Assembly (NCBI GenBank): GCA_013239625.1 | Contig: MU054187.1 | Location: 22,757,280 to 22,815,666, forward strand | DNA from: Lama guanicoe | Taxonomy: Eukaryota | DNA: 58,387 bases | Direction: 5' to 3' | In this document: positions 35,595 through 49,150 of the stretch, piece after piece | How positions within the stretch are numbered: the stretch's first letter is position 1 | How the letters are laid out: every line of letters starts with the position of its first letter | The notes under the pieces: generated by a model | What the model was told of the DNA's origin: nothing | Databases searched by the model: none | Seen by the model: only the letters and a program-made list of their open reading frames with translations | Position numbers and translations under genes: made by a program

Positions 35595-38170
35595 TTTTAA
35601 ATTGAAATATATTGACATGTAATATTATGATGTTAGTTTCAGGCATCCTGCCTAGTGATGGCATTGACATGCACTATGAAATGATCACCGTGACAAGACT
35701 AGTAACCATCTGTCTCCATACAGATTTATTACAATATGATTGGCCATAATCCTTATGGTCCTTCTATATATTACATCCCTGTGACTTATGTATTATATAA
35801 CTGAAAGTCTGTAACCTCTTAATCTCCTTCACCTGTTTTGCCCAACCTCCACCTTCTTCCCCTCTGGCAACTACCCATTTGTTCTCTATATCCATAGTCT
35901 GTTTTTGTTCTGTATTTTTTTTTGTTTTCTGAGATTCTACATATAAGTAAAATCATGCGGTATTTGTCTTTTTTTGTCTGACTTATTTCACTTACTTCTA
36001 GATCGGTCCATGTTGCCACAAATGGCAAGATTTTATTTTTTATGGGTGAATAATATTCCATTGAAAAAATATATGTATATAATATACTGCATTTTCTTTA
36101 TTCATTCATCTACTGATGGACACTTAGGTTGCTCCCATATCTTGGTATTGTAAATAATGCTGCAGTGAACACAGAGGTATGCGGGGAGCCACTCATGATC
36201 TGAGGACTGCCGAGCACAGAACAGGACAATAAATCCCAAAGTGCTGGCGTCAGGCTCTGAGATTGATCTAACAAAGACAATCTCTGTCCCGCCACCCCTT
36301 TTCAGGAAAGAATGCACCAGGTGATCTAAAAGCCCTAGGAACATCCTGAGCCATTAAGCTACTGATGATCTTTGAACAGAGAGATACAATCAGCATACAA
36401 GTTAGTGATCTTAGTTTATAGAAACAATAACCTTAGTTAGTGATCTTGGTATGTGGGAACATATACCCTAGTTTATGAGTATTATAAACAACATTGATCT
36501 ATAGAACAATGCACAAGTTAGTGAGTTTAGTACACACTGTGTTTAAACCATAAAACAATACCTGTGCCTACGTGCAAGAATGCACAAGGTAGTCACTTTA
36601 ATTTGTATAAATTAACTGCCTGAAATAAACTCGAGGTCCACTCTTGGCTTAGCGTCTTGCGGGCTAGAGTGAGACCCTCTCAACCCCACCTTCTAGTCTT
36701 GTCTTTCTTTTCTCAGTCCTGCGGCACAGGTTTCTGGACCTGATCGATTGTCGGCTGGCTCCGACAGAGGTGCATATATCTTTTCCAATTATTGTTGTTT
36801 TCTTTGGGAAAATACACAGAAATGAAATTGCCGAATTATATCGAAGTTGTATTTTTAGTTTTTTAAGAAACTTCATACTGTTTTCTGTAGTGGCTGCACC
36901 AATTTACATTTTCACCAACAGTGTATGAGGGTTTCCTTTTTCCCACATCCTCACCAACACTAATTCTTTGCTGTCTTCTTGATGATAGCCACTCTGGCAG
37001 GTGCAAAGTGGTACCCCTTTGTGGTTTTGATTTGGAGTTCCCTGATGGTTAATGATGTTGACCATCTTTTCACATGTCTGTTGGCCATTTGTACGTCTTC
37101 TTTGGAATTCAGCTCCTCTGCCAACTTTTAAATCAGGTGTATCCTCATCGGATATACTGCTTGTAAATATCTTCTACTGCTTATTAAGCTGTCTTTTTGT
37201 TTTGTTGATAGTTTTCTTCACTATGCAAAAGCTTTTTAGTTTGATGTAGTTCCATTTGTTTATTTTTTGTTTTTCTTTCTCTTGCCTGGGAAAACATTCA
37301 AAAAATACTGCTAAGACCAACATCAGAGAGTGTACTGCCTATGTTTTCCTATAGGTATTTTATGGTTTCAGGTCTTATATTTAAGTACTTAATCCATTTT
37401 GAGTTTACTTTTGTATATGATGTGGAAAAGCATTCCAGTTTGATTCTTTTGCATGTAGCTGTCCAGTTTTTCCAGAACCACATATTGAAGATATTGTCTT
37501 TTCCTCATCGTGTATTCTTGCCTGCTGTGTTGTAGATTAATTGACTGTATAAGGGTAGGTTTATTTCTGGGTTCTGTATTCTGTCCCACTGTTCTGTGTG
37601 TCTGTTTTTGTGCCAGTGCCATATTATTTTGATTGCCATAGCTTTTTAGATAGTTTGAAATCAGGGAGTGTGATACCTCCAGGTTTATTTTTCTTTCTTA
37701 AGGCTGCTTTCATTATTTGGGGGTCTTTTGTGTTTTCATACAAATTTTAGAATTATATGTTCTTATTTCTGTAAAAATATGTCTCTGGTATTTTGATCGG
37801 GATTGCATTGAGTGTGTCGATTGCCTTGGGTATTATGATCATTTTAACATTAACTCTTCTAATCCATGAGAACAGTGTGTCTTTTCATTTGTTTGTGTCA
37901 TCTTCAATTTCTTTCATCAACGTCTTATAGTTTTCAAAATACAAGTCTTTCCCCTATTTATTTAATGTGTTTTGGTTTTCTCTACATAGTATAGTATTAT
38001 ATCATCTGCAAATAGTGACAGTTTTACTTTTCTTTCTGATTTAGTTTCCTTTTATTTCTTTTTCTTGTCTGATTTCTATGGCCAGGACTGCCAATATTAT
38101 GTTGAATAAAGTGGCAAAAGTGGACATTCTTGTCTTGTTCCTAATCTTAGAGGAAATGCTTTCAACATTC
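35595..38170 (-). mobile_element. L1 (L1MA9-like) 3' portion, interrupted by an LTR
   Basis: Antisense 3' UTR (35595-35940) and ORF2 peptides ([59 protein letters not shown]). Confidence 0.9.
36180..36766 (+). mobile_element. Solo LTR, class II (ERVK/betaretrovirus-like), 587 bp
   Basis: TGCGGGGAGCC...GGCTCCGACA inverted ends; 6-bp TSD gaggta (36174-36179) / gaggtg (36767-36772); TATAAA at 36606; AATAAA at 36624. Confidence 0.9.
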
Positions 38171-38344
38171 TGCCTCCTTTTGTTAAATATCTTATTTGTG
38201 CTCTGCATTGTATTTGATGTTGGGCTGAAGATGTGACCTGTATTTGAGAAGAATTTGCAGGAAGTTAGATATATGCCTTTCTTTCTCAGCCAGCAGAAGA
38301 GAAAAAAGTCAACTGGATTTTTTTCTAACACTGAACATCAGAGT

Positions 38345-38570
38345 TCTACCACAAGAGAAAAGGACTTAGATTCAAGAAATCTAATTTCTAATCCTACTTC
38401 CTCTAATTACTGTAAGTCTGTTTGAAGAGTCACTCAGTCTTTCTGAGCTTCAGTTTTTCACATCAATGGAATGATAATTACAGGTACTACTTACTTTAGA
38501 ATGGTTTTGAAGGTCAAATGGGATAATATTGGTGGGAGACCTTCATGAACTATAAAGTGTTATAATCAGG
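38345..38570 (+). mobile_element. MIR SINE
   Basis: agtcactcagtctttctgagcttcagtttttcacatc...gttttgaaggtcaaatgggataat. Confidence 0.75.
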
Positions 38571-40080
38571 TGAAACAGGATTGCTGTATTATTAACAAAG
38601 GCCCACTGACAGTTTTGAACCCATGAGAACACAGATACCTCTAATGAGCTCTTGTGTATTAAGTAACAATATTCATTGTCTACTATGTATCAGGCACTTT
38701 TCTATGGACTGGGGACACAACAAGAATTCAAATATGCTCCCCAAGAGTTGGGCTCGATGTGGCCTTAACTGCCTTTAAAGCTTTGGAAATGCTTCTCTTG
38801 CCCCAAAGGGATTCTTCAGAGAAATGGATTAGTCCACTTGGATCTAGTCCTCTGAACGTACAGGTCACAGTCTGTCCTCATCATTTCAGCCTGGCTATTC
38901 TCCCGGAAAACAAGTCAACATTCCACGTCTTCCTGTGACCCTTTTTGTACCTGACTTGGTTTTTTGGGGTAGTAGTGAACCTGGTTTTCTTGAATTCAGT
39001 ACTAACTTTTCCCCCATGTTTTATCTGCTTTTGACTTTTTCTGATGTCACGTGGGTGCTTTTATCTACTAATTGACTTAAGTAACAACTAGGTCAGTCAT
39101 TTGTTCTAACTCACGCCACAACTCAATTTCACAGCCATGCTGCCATGCCCTTCCCCAATAATCCCAAGGACCTAGCCTGTTCCTAATTTTGAAGTAATGA
39201 GAGGACTGTACATTCACTAGCTTCTTCCTTAGGGGTGTTTATTTCAGCAGTTCAATTTTTGACATAAAACATCAGATCACCTAAAGAACAACTGTAATTG
39301 TGGGGCTAACATACACTCATGCATTTAGGAAGAGGTAGTTAATGATTTCTTGAATACTCACAGTTTGATTTTCCCCATTTTTTTGTACAAAAGTTTATCA
39401 TTATAATTTTAAAAGGCACAAATATTAACAGGAGCCAGACTGGATTATTTTGGGGAAAGAGTGGTGTTATATCTTCTATTAAATTACATTATTCTGAAAA
39501 CTCAGATACTTATATTTCTCTAAGTTTATATTCACCCATGAAAACAATCATAAAGTAACTGACTTAAGAAATATTTCCCGTATCAGATTCACCTAATTGT
39601 GTATGAATAATAGAATCCTTATCTTCACAAATTTATTCTCCACATTTTCTCCTATGAGAATATTGCATGGAATTGGAGGAAGTGCTCTCTGTCTTCCAAG
39701 ATTAGAATTGTAAGTTGCCAACACTGTCAAAGGCACAAAAGAAGAAAGAGGGTCTACATAGCTGAAGTGATGGATGTCACTGATACTCAGAAGTGATCAG
39801 AACTATCACTCTCTTGGCGTTTCCCTTCATTCCAACAGCAGCCATAGGTAGTATCATGGAGTCAAATATTTTTCAGTACTGCATTTACACAAAGGATCAG
39901 GAGTCATGTCAGTGTGCAAGCCTTCCCTAGTTGGGCTGGTATTAAGTACACAGAGACGGGTGCAGACTTGGTTGTAAGAAGTTCCTCCAGAAGTCTTGAG
40001 TTCAGTTTTTGCTGCTGGTGCCTTACACTGGTTAACAATTCTCTTTGACTTGCTTGAGTCCTTGTCATGCAGTCTCTTAC

Positions 40081-40214
40081 CTGGGCCCCCATTCCCTTGT
40101 CACCTGCCTGTCTTGCAAGCTCCAGGGTTCGTCTACACCACCCAACAGGTGGGACTTCTAATGACGATTATTCTTACTCTGGGAATCTCGTGCTATAATG
40201 CTCCCCGGATTGAA
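40081..40214 (-). other. Candidate spliced exon (non-coding or 5' UTR), 134 bp
   Basis: Minus strand: branch point CACTAAC ~29 nt upstream, acceptor ttttcttctcctcag|, donor CAG|GTAAGA. Stops in all three frames. Motif evidence only. Confidence 0.35.
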
Positions 40215-41139
40215 CTGAGGAGAAGAAAATGCTTTTACAGGGTTAGTGTTTTCCTGCTCCCCCATATAATTCCTATTCTAAGTTAAGTATGTCTTAGCTA
40301 CGTCTTTATTCTCAAGATACTCTGGTGCTGAAAAGCACTATAATGGCTCTTAAATCAATTGGTCCATAAACAGTAATTCTAAAATTTTAAGTCTTATGAT
40401 TTTTTTTAAACTTAAAATTGTATATTGGTTGAATTCTTAGTTGTTCCAGATATCTGTTCTAACAGTCTGGACTTATTCTGAAATTTGCTTCCCTTGTAGA
40501 GAGTAACTCAGGCAGTTCACTAAAAGGGTAAATGCTGTTAGGAAAGAAAAAACACACAATGGCTTCTCTTTGATGAGAACTCAAATTCAAAGGCCAAAGC
40601 TTATTGGTAGTTTTTGTTTTTTTAACTTTTCATGAATAGATGGGTATGGATGGAACCTGTCAGCAATTCCAGGCAGATCTGACAGTTTACCAGGGACTGC
40701 AAAATGACTTTGATGCTCTGAAAAATACAGCTAAGAGCAGACATCTCAACTGGGGTCACCATCAGTCAACTGTTCAGCTTGAGAGTCTTTTTCAATGTTT
40801 AGTCAAGACTGCACTGGAGTTTTTTTTTTCCCCTTTGAAGAATCTTCATGATATTTTCCCCAGAGCACCTGCTTTTAAAAACTTAAGAGATATGGCATTC
40901 TAAATTTGGGGTTTAAAACAGGTCTTAAATTGGATGTCAGTATAATAGGTATAATTTAATATGAAATAAGTGAGTAAAACATTGAGAATCTTCTTAAAAG
41001 CATTTTTATTGTACTATAGCCTGCTTATTTTTAAGGTTTTTAAATAACTCATGTACAGCTAATACAGTCTTAGCAATGATTGATGCTACTGTAATCCTAC
41101 ATATTTCTCCTCACCATGAAGCTCTACCGCAATACTTTT

Positions 41140-41638
41140 TTTAAATATTTTTTATTGATTTATAATCATTTTACAATGTTGTGTCAAATTCCAGTGTTCA
41201 GCACAATTTTTCAGTCATTCATGGACATATACACACTCATTGTCACATTTTTTTCTCTGTGATTTATCATAACATTTTGTGTATANNNNNNNNNNNNNNN
41301 NNNNNNNNNNNNNNNNNNNNNNNNNNNNNNNNNNNNNNNNNNNNNNNNNNNNNNNNNNNNNNNNNNNNNNNNNNNNNNNNNNNNNNNNNNNNNNNNNNNN
41401 NNNNNNNNNNNNNNNNNNNNNNNNNNNNNNNNNNNNNNNNNNNNNNNNNNNNNNNNNNNNNNNNNNNNNNNNNNNNNNNNNNNNNNNNNNNNNNNNNNNN
41501 NNNNNNNNTGATGGATTTGGCTGTTTCCATGTTTTGGCTATTGTAAATACTGCTGCTATGAATATTGGAGTGCAGGTGTCATACTGAAGTAGATTTCCTT
41601 CTGGATACAAGCCCAGGAGTGGGATTCCTGGGTCATAT
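41140..41638 (-). mobile_element. Camelid-type L1, 5'-truncated, spanning an assembly gap
   Basis: Perfect 17-bp TSD tctaccgcaatactttt (41123-41139 / 41639-41655); ORF2 peptide [34 protein letters not shown]. Confidence 0.93.
41286..41508. other. Assembly gap (N run)
   Basis: 223 N. Confidence 0.99.
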
Positions 41639-42348
41639 TCTACCGCAATACTTTTGACCATCATTATCATCATTATCATGATCAAGAAACTTTAAGACCA
41701 AATTACATTCAATGGTATGTAGACCTTTTAAAAGCAAGTGATTTCTTTTTTTCTGAGCAGTTGACAATCTAAGAAAAATATTGCTCCAGGTTATTCCAAA
41801 ATATCTGCATTGCAACATGATGAGAATGATGGATGCCAAGTTTCTTCCTCCGTTCTGTTGTGGAGCTACAGCATGGCTAAGTAGAGGCAGCAAGTTTTCA
41901 GTACATAATTCACCTTAATTGCCCAAGAAAGACACATGCTTAAGTTTAAATCCCATAACCGCAATTACCAATTGAAAAGACATAATAGAAAATTACCTAA
42001 ATCAGCTGAATTTGCTAAGAAACACCTGACATAAATTTAAATTGTGATGAAAGTTCTTTTAATTAAATTGCCAGTTAAGTCAAAAGTAAAATTAATTCTA
42101 ATTTTAATCACAAAATGACACAAGTATATAAAATCAGTAGTAACTAAAAACTTCAAAAATAAAATCTGTTCGTGTGTAAGAATTTTAGAAAACCAGTGTA
42201 GTATGTTCAGGACACAAAATAGTAATGCTTTGGAAAAACAGGTTTTGTCAAATGTAATGAAATACAGGAAGAGTTGTGGTGAGATTTTAGGATATTTAGG
42301 CAAATTCTGCTCAACCAATCAGCCATCTGAAGTGGTCTATCAAATATC

Positions 42349-42349
42349 A

Positions 42350-42402
<53 letters not shown>
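42349..42402. repeat. (CT)n(CA)n compound microsatellite
   Basis: Seen directly. Confidence 0.95.
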
Positions 42403-42405
<3 letters not shown>

Positions 42406-43390
42406 GTACATACATATATCTACCAGTTATTGGACGTGAGTTCCCCTGGGAAGGGCGTACCCTTATATGAGGCAGCTTTCACTGGAGCTGAGACTAAACC
42501 TGTTGCTGGGCAACAAGTCCTCCACTGAAGAAAAATTCAGGCAGTTCTCTGTGTTCATAAACATAACTCTAATAAGTTGGTATAATGGATATCCTTGGAC
42601 TATGTTGGTTAAAAGGAACAAATTAGAAGTAGAGAAGTTACCACACTAATGGATGCCAGAAATAAATAATAGAAAATTTTAAACGTTAAGACTGGGAAGA
42701 ATTCTCCAAAATTAAAAAAAAAACGGAGTGCATTTAATAGGCTCTGACTGCATTACACACCTAATTAGGATAATAATTGATGTTCTTAATATGATCCTGA
42801 ATCAGCAAGTCAAAAAACTATTCACCAGTTTGGTTATTTTATTTATGTATTTATTAGAAAGATTTCTATCTAAAATGGTAAAAAATTTTTTTAATGTTTT
42901 GGTGCTTTAAAGTTCAAGTTCAGTTATCTAGAAAAAAATTTTATTGGTCTTCCTGTCACCTTATGATGCTGTTTTCAAATCTGGCTGTGGGCAAGGTGAG
43001 GGTGGCAAGAATGGGGTGTGTCCCAGGTGCTGGGGTGCTCTGAATCGGGGGACCACGCTGTGTGGTCTGGTTTCAAGAAAGGGAAAAAGGACAGAGTTGG
43101 GAGGGGAGAGAGTCCAGAACTGAGTTGCTTGTGAAAGGGGCCAAACTGAAGGTGGGAGCCAACTTAGGAATGGGAAAAAGAGCAAGAAAGGATGGAACAG
43201 ATGAACAAGGGTTGTTAGCGAGTGCGCACGGGAGGCAAGTCTGAAAGAATCTGCAAGGCAGAGGATGGGTGCCCGTGGGAGCTTTTAGTGCAGCGCACAC
43301 ACCAGCCTGAAGTGGGTGACCTAGGATGAAGAATACGTGAAAAAGAGCTGGCGGGGGACCAGGTTATGAATTTTGCTCTTTGAGGAGCCA

Positions 43391-44201
43391 TTGTTAGTGC
43401 TCCCAGGGGCTGCTCTAATGAAGTACCAAAAACCAGCTGGCTGAAAACAACAGAAATCTGTTGCCTCAGTGTTCTAGAGGCTAAAGTCTGAGACCAAGGT
43501 GCCAGTAGGGCCGGCCTCTCCCCAAAGCCTTCGGAGGAGCACCCGTCTTTGCCTCTTCTAGGTTCTGGTGCTTGCCGGCAATCCTGGCAATTCCTTGGCT
43601 TGTAGACACATCACTCCAGCCAAGTGGCCATCTTCTGTCTCTGTTTCACACTGTCTTCCCTCTGCGAATGTCCAAGTTACAGCTTTTCATAAGGGCACTT
43701 TGTCCTACTGGATTAGGGCCGCCCTAATGACCTCATTTTTAACTTGATTATCTCTGTAAAGACTCTGTGTACAAATAAGGCCACATTGGGAGGTACTGGA
43801 GGTTAGGACTTGTTGAAATAAGTTACTAAGCTCAAGATGGAGCCACTCCTGCTGGGATGCCATATCAGCAAACCCAAACTTAGATAACTTTTAGGTCCGT
43901 GAAAATACTTCCCTTGCCAGAAATGCCGTTATGTCTGGCCAACCAGTCCTCAACTGCCAAGGACAGTAACGATTTCCTTGTAACAGATAAAGGTAGATAT
44001 GCAACCCCAGCCGACCGACGTATGCCACGTTCTCTTTCCTTATTCCCTAGTTGCCTTCTTTTACAGAAGCTCACAGCCCTGTTGCTTTGTGGTTCTCTGC
44101 TTCCTGAAGTGTGAAATAAAGTTTGCTTAGATGAACGAAATTGGAGTATTTTACCAGGCTTAAACGTATCATTTTTGGGGGACACGTTTCAACCTGTAAC
44201 A
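43391..44201 (-). mobile_element. MaLR LTR (MLT1B/MLT1C-like), interrupted by a younger LTR
   Basis: ggctgaaaacaacagaaat...gttctagaggct...ttccttggcttgtagacacatcactcca...ggattagggcc...ggttaggact, resuming aacgtatcatttttgggggacac...taaca at 44163-44201. Confidence 0.88.
43811..44156 (+). mobile_element. Solo ERV1-class LTR (346 bp) nested in MLT1
   Basis: TGTTG...TTACCA ends, AATAAA at 44115, 4-bp TSD gact / ggct; host MLT1 is contiguous once it is removed. Confidence 0.85.
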
Positions 44202-45013
44202 GGGAGATTCTCATCAATCTTACTCCACATGCTTTAAAATTTCGTAGAGTCCTTCCAAGTTGTCGTATCATATTGTCTGTCACTTTTAATTTTTGCTTTT
44301 ATACATTTTGTTTTCTATGGAGTTTTTATGACTATTTTACCGAAAGGTTGGAAGGACTCTCCTGGAGCTGGTATCCAGATACCATTCTGAATCACGTTGT
44401 TGCTCTGTTCTCTTGAATGTATATTGCATGGCGATTTGGTAGTTTCCCCTAGTATTCTTAGGGAAGTATTCAGAGGGGGAAAATGGAAATCAGATAAGTT
44501 AAAAGTTGAGCAATGAGCTGATGAGGTGGATTTGTATTGTGTCACGGTGTAAGCTCAAATGCCTTTAATAAATCCCTCTTCCATGTATTTCCTAGTGGTT
44601 CTGGCTTCTCTGATCAAACCCCGACTGATGCAGTTGATAGAGGAAGCAGCAGTTCAAGCTCTGAAAATCAGCTAGAGGTTTTTCTTTCTTTTTTAGATCC
44701 AACCCATTAAAAAGTTGAATCATGTACAATTTTGAAGGACAATTTGATACATCACAGAAAATGGATAAAGCGTCAAAACTGATGTGATCCAAAGCTGTGT
44801 TTTGGCTGGCTTTTGCTGAGCAGTTGCTTCTCTCTTGCATTTGACCTACTAGAGTCAGGGATTTGCTTCAACTAAGCCGTTTGCCATTGCCTGTAAATCC
44901 TATCTATGTTGTTGCAGACACCATGCCACAAAGTGACGATTAATAAAAACATTCAATTGGACATCAGTGATCTCTTAGTGACCTACGGTTTACGAATGTC
45001 TGAGCACATGCTC

Positions 45014-45047
45014 ATGTTTTCTATTCAAAGATGTTTTCTATTCAAAG
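45014..45047. repeat. Perfect 17-bp tandem duplication
   Basis: atgttttctattcaaag x2. Confidence 0.9.
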
Positions 45048-47749
45048 ACATTGTATCTAATAAGTACTAAAGTGTAGCTTTAAATAATAGACACCAATCA
45101 ACAACAACAAAAAAACCCAGAAAAATATGACTGGTACCAGGCTTTCTTTCTGAACAATAAAATGTGACTCATAGCTCTCTAGAGGGAAAATGTACAACGA
45201 TGGATATTTACCTAAGTAACATTTTGTGCCAGAATAGCACAGTGATTTATAGCATTACAGGCCATTTCAGAAGTTGCTACAGGACACCTCGTGCAGATAG
45301 TGCGCTGTATGGTGCAAATTATAATGATTTGTGGAAGTGTAGAGTGGAAGACTGGAGCAATAAAGAAAGAAGAAGAATTTCTTCCTTGAGTCACTGGGGA
45401 AAAGCACAGCTCAGCACATGTCCCCAGGCAGCTTTAATAGTACAGTGCATTGAAGTTCAAGTCTCTGAAATGTCAAACCCTACATGACAATGAGATTGCA
45501 CGAGGATGCTGTGAATGGTACCTTCATAAAAGTCCCTTATGATGTGGTAAACTGGCAAGCGTAGTGAGTTATTAGGTGAAGAGGGAAATGATACTTATTT
45601 TTAAATAACTGAGGCAAAGGGAAGCCAACCGGGAGGCCGGCTTTCAGCTGGGCAAAGGATTTTTCATCTAGGCTTCAATCGTGACCCTTTTCCTCATTTG
45701 TTACATGCCCTTCAGAAGGTTGAAGGTGGATGGGATGAAGTCGTGAGCCCAGTTCTGTCTGCGGCACACGGGAAAAGGAGAGTCGTGTTCAGGAAATAGG
45801 AGGTAGTCAGTGGGCTCATCCTGAGCAGAAGAAAATGCCTCGTGGCCTTTCTGGGCTCTGTGAATTCTGCCCAGTCTGTGTTTTCTCCTCTGGCCACATA
45901 ATCCTGCGAACTAGAAAGTAAGGATGTGCAAGGAAAGGGCAGAATTGGACAAGAAATCATGTGTCATGCTTGCTGTGTGACCCTTCTCACTGCTTCTCTA
46001 GGCAGTTGTGAATATAACCAAGTGAATCTTTAGAATATCTAAATCATACACAAGGAAATGCAAGAGAGGAAGAAAGAGAAAGGAACTTTTTTTTTTCCCT
46101 TTTAGGTTAGAGAGACAGGGCTCACATCTTCCTGGGTTGGAAGGAGACATTGCACTTTTAAATTTAAATGAAGTTGGAGCACTCACAGAGCCAAACTGAT
46201 GTGAATTCAGAGTAACACATCTGGGGGTAAAGTCAAGAGAAAAAGTGGGTTGTGCATCTAAGGATCTCATGCCAGGCCAGTATTCACAGCACGCAGGAAA
46301 AATTGGTTATTGTGTGTCTTTGTTGAGAACACTTACTTGTTTAACTAGGGGCTCCCTTCTAACAAGAGGCATTGACATTTAAAATACGTTTGGAAAAATG
46401 ACTGTTGAACATGTTTTCCTTTGCTTGAATGCTGAACCAACTGGCTGTGGAGTCAGGTGGAATTTGAAAACTGGAGCTGCATTTCAGTGACTGGAAGGCC
46501 TGAGAAATTATTTGTCATCATCAAGACTTTGTTTTCAAATTGTAAAGAGGGAATAGTGCCAGTTTCTGCCTCATAGACTTTGGCAAAGATTGAAGTAACT
46601 AGGAGACAAGGCTTGGAAATCTCTTAGCCTGGCAGTTGGGGTATACAGTCTGCCGATGTTACTTGTCATTCAATTGTTACTGTCATGAGAAGAGAAATCC
46701 AGATGGAAATGCCATGAATTAGCCCTCTCTCACCATGTGACTGAGGTAAACTCTGATCAAACAAACTCAAAGAGCTTGCTAGTAAGTGGAGCACAAATGC
46801 GTTTGTGACTTTCAGAGTGAATTTTGAACAGACATTAAAATACTGGGGCACTTCACCATCTAGCAGAATATATGGCTTAACAAGCCACCCTGGTTAAAAT
46901 TCTTGATAATGTAAACATTTTGCACTCTTTCCCTGTTTTATTTAGGAGAAATCTATTTTCAATAAGGAGACTCCTTCTGTCCGTGAGTGCCTATAAAGGG
47001 AAAGAATTTTAAAGTCAGCAGGAGAAGATATTTTTAAAGTTTTGTAATGTGTTGAATGAGCTTCAAATAATTTGATCTAAAAGCCATCATGGGAATTGCT
47101 AATGCCACACAGCCTGACAGGGAATTCTGATCCAAGGAGTTTTCCACACTACATGCTTGTTATCATGTTTAATTATTTCCTTGGATAGTTGATTTCATCT
47201 AAGATGTTTTTCATTTACAATCAACAGTTGATAACATCTTGACCATCTTAAAGTCATCCTCCAGTAAAATATCCTGCAAAACATTTCTTTTTTCCTTTTC
47301 CATCATAGTTTATTTATTTCTCATAAAAAAAGGATTGTCACGAAATCTTACTTTGACCCTTTTGGTTAATACTATTAAGAGCTATTTAAGAAAGATAGTT
47401 TATTGTGAGTTTTAAGAAGGCATTTTTCTGATATCATCATATCTTTTGAGAAATATCTTCAGTTTTTAGAAATCAAATTTTATCAGATTCATGTTCACAG
47501 TGATTTCTATATTAAAATAACATCCTTATAAATGAGGTCCCAAAATTTTGTAGATATTTTCTGAAGGATATAGACAGAGGAAACAATTGTTGTGATTTGG
47601 AGAAAATTATTTAATTTTTAATTATTGTGAAGAAGGAGAGAGGAGCACACATCCCATGTCTTATCTTTTCCTAATCCATCCATTCTTTCACGAACTCCCA
47701 AGAATCTCTTCTTGGGTTCAGATTTTCTGGTCCTTTTGCTGTAGGTTAA

Positions 47750-47930
47750 AAATAAGACCTGCTCTGTCTGCCCTTTATGGTCTCAAGTTAATTACCTCTA
47801 CATATCTCAGTTTTCTTATCTATAAAATGGGGCTAAGGTACCTCCTAGGGTTGTGAGAGATAAGTAAGTGCGAGTGTCTAAATTGATGCTTTGCAAAAAA
47901 AGTGCTCATGATGTATTGGCTATGTTGTCA
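47750..47930 (+). mobile_element. MIR SINE
   Basis: tctcagttttcttatctataaaatgggg...tacctcctagggttgtgaga. Confidence 0.75.
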
Positions 47931-48999
47931 TCACCATCACCATCATTTTGGTCTCTGCTTTAGTCAGTGTAGCTGCATAAATCTTAGGGATGCTCATTCT
48001 TCATCCTTCTCCCTAGTCGCCATTTGTTATTAACCACTTCCTGCCCTTGTTACCCTGTTACCCTGCCCTCATCCAAACCTTCATCACCACCACCTTGGAC
48101 AACTCCAGTAGCCCTTTACCTGACCCCTTTTACTTCACCTTGCCTTACAATTTATGCTCCATTAGCTCCAGAGTCCCTGTCTGAGACAGACTTCATTAAA
48201 ATTCTGAGCCCCTGTGCCACTGAGTAGTTTGGACAAATCATGTATCCTCAGTATTCCTCTGTTTCTTTATTTGAAAACAACTGTTTGCCTTTCTTATGTG
48301 GAAATGTCAGTGGTGCTCAAGTGCATTCGGGACTCTCTGATTTCATAAAGCACCATGTAACACGAGTTGTTATTAAGATGTAGACTAACAAGAAACCTAG
48401 TTTAAAAGAGTTATAAGTAAATATCAGATATGATTGGGTTTATCTTTACATTTTCAAAATAATTTACATCATTCATCGAATAAAATTGCATATATGTAGT
48501 CTGGAATAAGATTGGGCCACACATACAAGAGGAATGTGTCAGGATTTTGTAAATGACTCATTACATGGTTATTTTTGTATTTGCCAGAACTGGGGACACA
48601 AAGACAGGAGTTCAAAGTGTCTGTTCTGTTTTAAAATGGCACTCTCAAATTGGCACCCAAATTAGGTGGTGGATTCTACCTAAAATGACAGCAGGTTTAT
48701 TAGTTGAAGAAACTGAGACTCAGCATGTGGGACACTGTTACTACTACTGTGGTCACTGCTGATATTGGAAATACCTAATCACACCCACTTATTTTGAGTA
48801 CTTACATGTGCAAGTCCCCATGCTAAGTATTTAAAAACATTATCTCCTTTAATTCTGGTAACAATCCTGTAGGATTGTGTTGTTATGGTCGCTAAACAGC
48901 AACATAAATATATAAACACACAGAGAAGACTAAAAAAAGTGAGCTAACATTAGCTCATGAGATGGACAGCTGTGTTAAACAAACTGTATTCAGTGATCT

Positions 49000-49150
49000 T
49001 TATTTTTTCTGTCCTTCAAAAACCTCTATGGGAGATAGCTTTCCATTTTACAGACATGGAAACTGAGGCCTGAAACTAACTTGCCGTATAGGGCAGAGCT
49101 AGTTAATGGCTGAGCTGGCATCTGAACCTGTGTCTACCCGAATCTTCAGA
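49000..49150 (-). mobile_element. MIR SINE
   Basis: ccattttacagacatggaaactgaggcc...aacttgcc...tggctgagctggcatctgaacc. Confidence 0.75.

Noticed and set aside
41181..41685. ORFs spanning N runs (also 57953-58305)
   Set aside because: Artefacts of assembly gaps inside L1 copies.
44595..44677. Plus-strand acceptor followed by helix-like peptide VLASLIKPRLMQLIEEAAVQALKIS*
   Set aside because: No good donor, no partner exons and no recognised homologue.
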